From assembly GCA_965662895.1 (NCBI GenBank), contig CBFIJH010000005.1:79458-143457 (forward strand): DNA of 64,000 bases, in the 5' to 3' direction. The notes beneath the pieces were generated by a model, which was not told the origin of the DNA, searched no databases, and saw only the letters and a list, made by a program, of their open reading frames with translations. A program made the translations under genes and the position numbers. Below are positions 10,901 to 18,600 of this stretch, one piece after another. Numbering within the stretch: the stretch's first letter is position 1; each line of letters begins with the position of its first letter. Source of the stretch: Candidatus Poseidoniaceae archaeon. Lineage in GTDB: Archaea > Thermoplasmatota > Poseidoniia > Poseidoniales > Poseidoniaceae.

Positions 10901-11049
10901 CAAAGAATTCACTGTACAAGGCCCAGAAGATGGGCTTATCGGAGTCCGACTTCGCTCAAATGGCTGGATCGGTTGACCGTCAAGTCGGAGGATACGATGA
11001 GGGAATCAATCCATTTGAAGCGATGCAACGTGAACCGCCTCAACCTTAG
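7942..11049 (+). CDS. Large acidic secreted protein with C-terminal TM and polybasic stop-transfer (hypothetical cell-surface protein)
   Basis: 1035 aa; signal peptide (..PFASA|DG); Cys pairs; TM YPAVVVILLILLI followed by RRRRKKKKKKR. Confidence 0.8.
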   Translation: MEERPVWKGRFLALCFTVFFATPILAPFASADGMTTCDGVPGFSDCDDYDSNDDGTPFQQDWIRGTYDFDLQDTSTIQMTLSWAVREFDRSKVGLDDSTTSTALANDGLDEDDGIPADMIRTYFAYEPSPGAGTVGDQMLDDVQDTISELLSSGFGTVTAINTQYDGIYSEGGNTEICTTDANEDSVYDSGSGVTENNVFDPPICFSTIAEIQLSTSTFNLLENTDLELERAYQGLLIMGSELTTQFNVFAEPGHVSTFSIHPPNYATVVGVDGNGSIVPNPCTVATCAGQWTVENLNAGTDASRAEQTVSLTMGYRNTSTTSIVELDPNKEAVSLHLKVDLFDEQEVQIDFVAGINYLDTTTMDNWGISLVELSELATIPQITSDGIRLAYENGIAPLDDFTDQFPVASIGDAFSASIPGSPDIQMGQLSWVSDSVAEGIDGPAGGLNYSHSVGCSETVTPPNTISYCIEGPSAMGYDHPIYLRSTSNTFDLGLLDLIQENIPDSEFELDGKTYNTKDYFELITNEDLRRLMDAGLSIETVLDTDFLETMIPSDLPPSKITLELILPSWIVTADGSDRIILEHSASGETRNEISIAGPSPYTYNHPILNEDGETICLQTQKTCVSTSLSIDFETFDINEWTKSVSIEFGLEATAVVHRIAVPQGYYDVNDTTVRMEVIPSDLIRLIGDIMSRDEEKAISIERCLESNIKNSNACPEESRLQFNLTSDGLMQFGTDAGELLTHQIHTQVEKLETSDEGPEFSEVDISDFVIETSLAGLGSPGQTVSDEVGLSVSLKIPKVRFTLAVSSPWGDLLSGDPDAITLSLLTEDISGAFRSPLLQPMVMMVDEMSSMMTASLVSSEGITFPPLEQEALIVETGSWDTTIHEDTEFDLTGPVSFTLPKGIIVKEGTSTQGNMIITEDDEGRQVITYTIPPDGLDDEVTLRLQVTWMYLLGQFWAYPAVVVILLILLIRRRRKKKKKKRAAREAKNSLYKAQKMGLSESDFAQMAGSVDRQVGGYDEGINPFEAMQREPPQP

Positions 11050-12773
11050 CGATGCAACGATTCGTGAATTCGCTCTGCGAGGGAAGGACCAATTCCAGGT
11101 ACCGTTTTCAAATCCTCAATGCTGGCATTGTTGATTCCTTGGCGACCACCGAAATGGCGCAGGAGCGACTGCAGCTTCTTCGCACCCAAACCGAGAACGT
11201 TTTCGAGAGGGTCACCTAGTCGACTCTTTTTTCGACGTTTTCGATGGAAGGTGTTGACAAACCTGTGTGCTTCATCGCGAGCATGAACAAAGACTCGTCC
11301 ACGACGGTCAAGGATAATCGGGTCTTTTTCTTCCTGATGCAGGGTTTCTTCTCGTTTTGCTAAAGCAGCCAACATAAATCGGTCTTGAACACCGTGCTCG
11401 TCCAACATCGAACGTATTGTACTCAAATGCGTTTCACCACCATCGAGCAAGAGTAAATCCGGCCATTCCTCTTGTCGTTTGAGCCACCGTTCTACGACTT
11501 CTCGCATCATTCGCAAATCATCCATCGCATCCCCCTTGACGATGTAGGTCCGATACTCCTTCTTTGCTGGACGGCCGTTGCGGAGAACAACGCTTGCTCC
11601 AACTCGCTCATCACCTTGCAATTGTGCCATATCGAAGCAAACGACGTGATTCATTTGCTCAACATTGAGCAACATTGCAGCATCATCAGCAGCACGTTGT
11701 TCGAGCGATCCGCTTGATTTGTTGGCGAGTCGAGTTACCTGAATCTTTGCGTTCTGGTCGGCAAGAGTTCGGAGCGTGACCATCTCTCCACGCATAGGTG
11801 TTCGAACTTCGACGGTTGAACCTCTTCGTTCATCCAACCACTGCTGTATTCCATCGAGAAGTGGTGTCGGTGTCAACAACAAACGTGGAGGCCTTCGGTG
11901 GATGTAGTGCTCGCTAATGAATCGGCTTACGGTTTCACCAATGTCACCACGGTGAACAAATGGCCACACTTCCTGACCTTTGACGACACCTTCATCTGCG
12001 TGCAAGACGACAAGTGCAGCCAGATCTCCCTGTTCTGCAAATCCGATGGCATCACAATCACGATACAACTTGCTTGAAACGACGTGCTGGCCTATTGTCG
12101 TTCGAATCGATCGTATGAGATCACGGAAATATGCTGCCCGTTCGAACTGCATGTTCTGGGCGCAAGCATCCATTTTTTCACCAAGTTCTTCCAAGAATTC
12201 CGTCGCCTCACCATCAAGTATTTTTTTGACGGCTCGGACTTGTTCAGCATAACCTTCACCATTGATGCATGGTCCTGTGCATAGGCCAATATGCATGGCC
12301 AAACAACCCTGTGGAAGCAGTTCCTTGCAATCCCGTATTCCGAAATGTCGACGCAACAATTGCATGACTTGTTTTGCAGCACCTGCGTTGGGGAATGGTC
12401 CCCATCGGTGTGCTTTTTTTGGCGGATGACGTGTGTACATAATCCGGGGAAATTCTTCGTTGGTTAGGACAAGGTAGGGATAGGATTTGTCGTCCTTGAG
12501 CATTGAGTTGAACCGCGGTTTGTGTTCTCGGATGAGTTGACGTTCGAGAATGAGTGCTTCTTGCGGTGTTGTTGTAACAATGCACTCAACATCATCGGCC
12601 CGAGCAACGAGTTCTGGTATCATTTGACGGTCGGGATTTGTTGCAAAATACGACCGGATTCGTTCATTGAGCCTCGTTGCTTTACCAATGTAGAGGACAC
12701 GCCCTTCCTCTGTTTTGAAAAGATACACGCCTGGAGAAGCAGGCAAATCGATGGATGAAGCATCAACCGCCAT
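11046..12773 (-). CDS. uvrC: Excinuclease ABC subunit C
   Basis: GIY-YIG (PGVYLF..LYIGKA..RIRSYF), FNSMLKDDKSYPY, UVR coil (FERAAYFRD), RNase H-like domain (CFDMAQ, LLLDGG, RDEAHRF), HhH (GLGAKK, VPGIGPSLAERI). Start set at ATG 12773. Confidence 0.95.
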   Translation of the reverse strand: MAVDASSIDLPASPGVYLFKTEEGRVLYIGKATRLNERIRSYFATNPDRQMIPELVARADDVECIVTTTPQEALILERQLIREHKPRFNSMLKDDKSYPYLVLTNEEFPRIMYTRHPPKKAHRWGPFPNAGAAKQVMQLLRRHFGIRDCKELLPQGCLAMHIGLCTGPCINGEGYAEQVRAVKKILDGEATEFLEELGEKMDACAQNMQFERAAYFRDLIRSIRTTIGQHVVSSKLYRDCDAIGFAEQGDLAALVVLHADEGVVKGQEVWPFVHRGDIGETVSRFISEHYIHRRPPRLLLTPTPLLDGIQQWLDERRGSTVEVRTPMRGEMVTLRTLADQNAKIQVTRLANKSSGSLEQRAADDAAMLLNVEQMNHVVCFDMAQLQGDERVGASVVLRNGRPAKKEYRTYIVKGDAMDDLRMMREVVERWLKRQEEWPDLLLLDGGETHLSTIRSMLDEHGVQDRFMLAALAKREETLHQEEKDPIILDRRGRVFVHARDEAHRFVNTFHRKRRKKSRLGDPLENVLGLGAKKLQSLLRHFGGRQGINNASIEDLKTVPGIGPSLAERIHESLHR

Positions 12774-12877
12774 ATCGAATCCTTGCATCCATAGGTCAAA
12801 AAAACCTGCATGAATTCTGTCAATCAACAGAAGGACAACATCAAATGCGATGTTGCCAAGGTAGGGTATGAGTTCCG

Positions 12878-15061
12878 ATGCTGACACCAGCCATGTTGCG
12901 GATTTTGCGTTGGTTGGATGACCACCCAACCACGCTCGAATCGGCTTGGGACGTCCCACGAACCATCTCATTGGAAGGCATCGCCGACGGAATTGGTGTT
13001 GTTCGTTCTGCCCTTTTTCAGCCAATGAGCGTACTGGAAGATAACGAATTCCTAAAAACCAGACAAGCCCATGTACTTGGATCAGGGCGCAGAAAACGGA
13101 AAGTTGTCCACATTACTGAAAAGGGACGCCAACAACTTCGAGAACAGGTGGAAAACCTCCCCGAGCGACGTTCAAGAGAATCGTTGAAGTTGAAAGGACA
13201 GATTCCTGAATGTACGAATTTGCACGGGCGTCAGTCTGAACTGGAATTGATGAAAAAATCCCTGGAGCAGAAAAGACCGATTCATCTACGAGGGATGCCG
13301 GGAATTGGCAAATCGACGCTCGCTCGTACCATGGTTCAGGAATTGGCTGAACGAGGAACAGAAATCCACTGGGCGGTTCTCGACGCCTACTGCGACGTGC
13401 ATGAGGCGATGCAACGAATGGAGGTCGATTCACCAAGAATTCTTGAGGTTGAACATTATGCTAACATATTCGAAACCGAGAACGTTGTTCTGGTGTTTGA
13501 TGATGTGCATACCATTTCTTCAAGACACAAATCATCCTTCCTCAGCTTCTTTCAAACACTCCTGAACAACAACATCGCCTTCATGTTGATTGGAAGAGAT
13601 CGAGAAACATTCTCAATCGAAGCAACCGTTGTTGATTTGGGACCGTTGGACCAATCCGATGCAATTGAATTACTGGACCCTGAACTCGGCGAGAACAGAG
13701 CGTCAATTGTTGAAACATTGGGTGGTCACCCGCTTGCGATTTTGCTCTACAATGTCTCGACTCCACTTCCAGAGACGGATCAAGACGTTCGAGCCTACGT
13801 TGAACAGGTTGTGCTTGAACATGCCTCAACAGAGGTCCATGATGCAATGCAACCCTTCCTTGTCTTGCCATTTCCAATCCCTGCAATGCGGATGCCCGAA
13901 CCTGACCACGTTCCATTGCTCGATGAACACACGCTGTTGCGTTGGGGCGCACAGAATTCGGCAATGGAGATGCAACATCTCATTCGCAACGTTTGTCGTT
14001 CTTCTCTTGAAGAATCTGATATTGATGCTCTCCATCAGTCTGCTATTTCACACTGGGAGAACGACGACGACGCACTTGCGAAGATTCTTGAATTGCATCA
14101 TCGGATTCAGAGAGGTGAAACGAATGTTTCAGTGCATTTGTCGCAACGCGCAAATGAATTGATGAATGCCCATTCGGGTGCTTTCGCAACTCTTTTGGAT
14201 GAAGCTTTGGTCAATGAAAATGTGAACCTCGAATTGATTGAACTTGCCGCACAACATGCATTAAATCGGGCTGAACTTAACACTGCTAAAGAATACATCA
14301 AGGAGTTTGATGACCCTCGACTCGCCAACATCCGATTTCAGATTGCCCAGTATGAGGGAAAGAACGACGTCGTTCAACACTTGGAATCTTTGACCGATGG
14401 AATCGATGATCCGAATCAAAAATTACGTGTTCAACTTTCTGTTCTCTCTCGCAGCATTGATGACCTTACACCACAGGCGACCGAGGATGACCATCGCCGC
14501 ATCCATGGACTGCTCGAACGCGTCGATCTTCCTGACAAAGAAGGCGAACGCCAACGCATTTTGACCACAATTGTCGTCATGCGACATGCGCTTGCCCTTG
14601 AACAGAGAGATTTCAATGCTGCAAATTTTCTTCTCGATCAATTGAAGAATATTGCGTTAACAGACGATCCTCTTCTTCACTATCTTTCAACAAAAACGGA
14701 ACTGAAAATGTTGGAAAAAGGCTCTGCAGATGCTGCATTTACCTTGAAGAATGCAGAGCGTATCGCAACACAGTTGAAACATCCGCTGTACAACGTTTCA
14801 CTTTTCTTACTGCTTTGCGAACATCTTGTTGAAACGCAACCCCAGCGTGCTCAACTTCTCCATGAACAAATCGATATCCAGGCCATTGAAACAATGACCG
14901 CACCATCAGCACGTCGAATCGTTGCGAAATGGTGGGAGGTGAAGTCGATGGTTGACGAGAAAGGTCGAATTCTTGCACTGCGGGAAGCCATTCTTCGTTA
15001 TCGTTCAGTAGGATGCCCAAACCGTGCTCGAAGGTTATCCAAGCGCTTGCACAGCCTGTGA
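12878..15061 (+). CDS. STAND-class (NB-ARC/AP-ATPase-like) NTPase with N-terminal winged HTH and C-terminal helical repeats
   Basis: wHTH (SLEGIADGIGVVRSAL..ITEKG); GRQSEL; Walker A GMPGIGKST; Walker B LVFDD; LGPL..AIELL; GGHPLA (GxP); MQHLIR. Confidence 0.8.
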   Translation: MLTPAMLRILRWLDDHPTTLESAWDVPRTISLEGIADGIGVVRSALFQPMSVLEDNEFLKTRQAHVLGSGRRKRKVVHITEKGRQQLREQVENLPERRSRESLKLKGQIPECTNLHGRQSELELMKKSLEQKRPIHLRGMPGIGKSTLARTMVQELAERGTEIHWAVLDAYCDVHEAMQRMEVDSPRILEVEHYANIFETENVVLVFDDVHTISSRHKSSFLSFFQTLLNNNIAFMLIGRDRETFSIEATVVDLGPLDQSDAIELLDPELGENRASIVETLGGHPLAILLYNVSTPLPETDQDVRAYVEQVVLEHASTEVHDAMQPFLVLPFPIPAMRMPEPDHVPLLDEHTLLRWGAQNSAMEMQHLIRNVCRSSLEESDIDALHQSAISHWENDDDALAKILELHHRIQRGETNVSVHLSQRANELMNAHSGAFATLLDEALVNENVNLELIELAAQHALNRAELNTAKEYIKEFDDPRLANIRFQIAQYEGKNDVVQHLESLTDGIDDPNQKLRVQLSVLSRSIDDLTPQATEDDHRRIHGLLERVDLPDKEGERQRILTTIVVMRHALALEQRDFNAANFLLDQLKNIALTDDPLLHYLSTKTELKMLEKGSADAAFTLKNAERIATQLKHPLYNVSLFLLLCEHLVETQPQRAQLLHEQIDIQAIETMTAPSARRIVAKWWEVKSMVDEKGRILALREAILRYRSVGCPNRARRLSKRLHSL

Positions 15062-15062
15062 A

Positions 15063-15296
15063 TTACAATTCAGCACCAATCATGGTTTTGGTTTCTTGAA
15101 TACCACTGATCGGACGAATTTCTTCGACAATGCAGCGTGTTAGCGTGAACTCGTCGTCGGCTTGTACTCGTGCGAGCAAATCGAATTCTCCAAACAGCAT
15201 CCATTTGTCTGTGACATGCTCGATTCCATCAAGGGCATCTCGCACGTCTTTTTCTTGTCCCGGGGAGGTGGTTATCAAAACGAATCCTATCGGCAT
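15063..15296 (-). CDS. Stand-alone Lrp/AsnC ligand-binding (RAM) domain protein
   Basis: GFVLITT.PG.E..V...L, LFGEFDLLARV, IRPISGIQETKTMI; SD GAGGTGA upstream. Confidence 0.88.
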   Translation of the reverse strand: MPIGFVLITTSPGQEKDVRDALDGIEHVTDKWMLFGEFDLLARVQADDEFTLTRCIVEEIRPISGIQETKTMIGAEL

Positions 15297-15305
15297 CTTT
15301 TCACC

Positions 15306-15539
15306 TCAGTATTCCACCGCAATTAGCGTTCGCGTGTCCCGAATTCCTTCAATGGTTCTGAACTCTTTCATGAGCAGTGCGGTGAGATTTTTTGCTGTGT
15401 TGCTGCTCACATGAGCGAGAAGATCGTACTCTCCATACAAGGCGTGGACTTCTTTGACATCAGCATGGGAGGTTATAGCGAGATAGACATCACGCTCATG
15501 GGACGGTTCGGTCTTGACAAGGATGAATGCTTCTGGCAC
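15306..15539 (-). CDS. Stand-alone Lrp/AsnC ligand-binding (RAM) domain protein
   Basis: AFILVKTEP, LYGEYDLLAHV, FRTIEGIRDTRTLI; GTG start. Confidence 0.88.
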   Translation of the reverse strand: MPEAFILVKTEPSHERDVYLAITSHADVKEVHALYGEYDLLAHVSSNTAKNLTALLMKEFRTIEGIRDTRTLIAVEY

Positions 15540-15564
15540 AATGTCCGCTTGAGCAGAAGGGTCT

Positions 15565-15627
15565 TATCGCTTTGGTTTCGTTTTTCGGTGAACATGCAAA
15601 GGGTGCTTTCAAATGGTATCGCTTTGG
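15565..15627. repeat. Exact 11-bp direct repeat TATCGCTTTGG (15565-15575 and 15617-15627) in a divergent intergenic region
   Basis: Read directly; extends to 13/14 identity as TATCGCTTTGG(T/A)TT. Confidence 0.75.
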
Positions 15628-15637
15628 ATTATACAAT

Positions 15638-18600
15638 ATGGAGAGGCAAAAGCGGTTCTTTGCCCTTGGTTTGTTGCTGCTTCTCCTGATGATGTCCATG
15701 GCGCCCATGGTTCAATCCTTTCACGATTCGCAGGGGAAGCCAACTGCGGTTTCAGGACGCGCTACGACCACATGGTCCGGTACGGTGACATTGACGAGCG
15801 ATTATTTTGTGAACGTTCAAGATGAACTGCTGATTACGTCGTGCACAAGTGTTGTTCTGTCTCCAGGGATCCGAATTTACATCGATGGACGTTTGACCGT
15901 TCAGGGAACTCCTACGTGTCCGATTGTTCTGTCAAGTTCTTCGTCCACAGGCGATCATGAAGGAATACAATTCAATTCCTCGTCGTTTGGTCGTGGTAGT
16001 ACAGTGAACCACCTTCACATTGAGGATGCGATTTATGGGATTACCATGTATGGCTCAAATCCGATTTTGAACAATGTGACCATCTTCAATCCGGACCGTG
16101 TTGGCATCGATATGTTTGGAAGCTCAAGCCCAGTCATTCGAGACTTGCATGTGGAACAGGCTGGTCGCTCCGTTGGGTTCCAGAATGATTGGCGTTACGG
16201 CATTGGATTGTCCGTTGGCGACGGATCAACACCGATTGTTCAAGGAGCATATTTCACCGACCACCAATTGCGAGGTCTCAACTTGTGGGGCGCATCTGGA
16301 GGTATTTATCGGGACATTGTCATGGACAACATATCGGGCTCCGTTCTTGGAGAGGTGGCGGGAGTATGGGTCGAAGACAGCGTTCCACTGTTCGAAAATT
16401 TAACCATCGATAAAAGCGACACGGGCATCATCGTTCGACACATTGACGATTCGGGGTATACGCGTGGTGTTTTTAGGGACGTCGACATATCGAACAGTAT
16501 GTTTCGTGGCGTTTATTTGGACAAAAACAACCACACGAATTACACCAATTACGAAACAGCAGATTTCACCAATCTTACGGTCAGAGGAACTGGTTCATCT
16601 GGGGCAACGTCCCCCGGAATTGCGCTTGCAGCTATCGACATTAACGCAACAGGCGCATGGCTTGAGAATGTCCTTGTAGATGACGCATCGTCTGTCGGCA
16701 TCCGAATGTTCTTTGTTGATTCAACGACCACACTCCGAAATGTGACCATACGTGACGCTGGTGAAGTTGGACAAGGTGCACATTCAGCGGGATTAAGCAT
16801 CCAAACCTCTTACTTTGCTGCACATGTTGAAGATCTTGAAATCAGTGGCTCCCCCGGGCCAGGTGTTCATTCGTCCAGTGGTGGCTCTCTTCAGGGGTCC
16901 GACTGGAATCTTCACAACAACTCAGAACATGGCTTGTTCATCGATTCTGCAACTGTTGTTGTTGACGGAATCTCGACGATGAAAAATGGATATTCGGGCG
17001 TTCATGTGTTTGACTCGCGTTATGTGAGCATTTCAAATCTAACCTCTGTCAACGATGGTGATCTTGGTTCGGACGCTATGGAACAAGCGGGTCTTTCGTA
17101 CCAAAAATCCAACGATTTAGAAACAAACTCAGGAGATGTTGTTTGTAGGAATTGTCACGTTGAATCCTCGCAAGGCCATGGTGTCTACGTTCGTGATTCC
17201 GTTGACCTTTGGCTGCACAACCTTTCGATATCGGACATCGACCCAACACTTCCAGCAATGTACGTCGATAACGGAGGCTTGACGCTTGGCACACAAGGTG
17301 GACGCATCAATCTCTTCAATTCACAGATCGAGCATGAATCAACAACGCAACATGCCTTGTACATTCAACAAGCAGCGGGTCATATCGATGGACTATCATT
17401 GATTGGAAATCACAGTGGAATCTATTGGGATGCAAACCATAACGGGAATTTCCCATCGACATTAAGCAATACTGAATTTGTAGGCAGTGAATGTCTCAAA
17501 CTTGTGAATCATCCCGACCTTGGAGGTTATGGAAATACGATCGGTTCGGATTGTGAAGGACGGATATGGGTCGAAAATTCCGATGTGAATTTCTCCAATT
17601 TGGTTGATGTAAGTGGTACACACATTTTGGACCTTGATGCAGCATCAACCATGCATTTGCATCAACCCAGTAACATTGATCTCACGATTGCAAACATTCC
17701 ATCAGGCGCATCCATCGACGTTGCTTGGGATGTTACCGTGTGGGTTGTAAACAATCTCTCCAACGGCATTCCAAATGCCTATGCCAACGTGAGTTTCACA
17801 CAATTTGAACCATCTGTGTCGGAGTTTACCAACGATATTGGTGTTGTACAATTGATCGATTTCATTGGACAACGTTGGACGAATTCTGGTGCATCGGCCA
17901 TGAATGATGTTGCTGTTGAATGCGGTTATGATAGCGAGAGCAACACTACGACGGTAAGTTTGGATGGTGACAAAGTGATGTATTGTGTTCTCGAATTGGA
18001 CAACCAACCCCCATTTTTGAACTGGACTTCACCGATGGACGGGGATGTGTTCCCTTCACAGGGACAGGTTTTGTTTGATGCTCAAGAGTCCTGGGATTTG
18101 GACGACGATCCTCTCACACTCACGTGGACTTCCTCCCTTGATGGCGTCATCTCATCAACACAAAGCACGGCCCCGTTTACGGTCAACGATGGCGTATCTG
18201 GGATTACGCTTAGTGATGGTATTCATGATATAACGCTGGACGTTTGTGACAATGCTGGACATTGTGTATCAGAAACACGTACAATCGAATTAACGAATCT
18301 CGCTCCGGAACTCAACGTGTCCTTTGAACCGGGCCTGACCCAGTGGAATGAACTCATTATGCCTCAAACGGGAACGGTCACCATCAATACGACAGGGACA
18401 TTTGACCCTGAAGGTGATGATTTTGCTTGTACAATTTCCTTTGGAGGGTACAACCGACAAGGTACTGGATGGGGCAATCAATATGTCTGTCCAGAGTTGT
18501 TGACGTACACCTTTGATCATTATTCGGACGACCCACCAGCATCGTTCTTCTTGAACGTCGTTGCATTTGATGAAGTAGGGAATTCAGATACCTACACCGT

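Noticed and set aside
12774-13025. N-terminal extension of uvrC in the ORF track (659 aa)
   Set aside because: It overlaps the divergent STAND gene, and UvrC homology starts at MAVDASSIDLP (12773).
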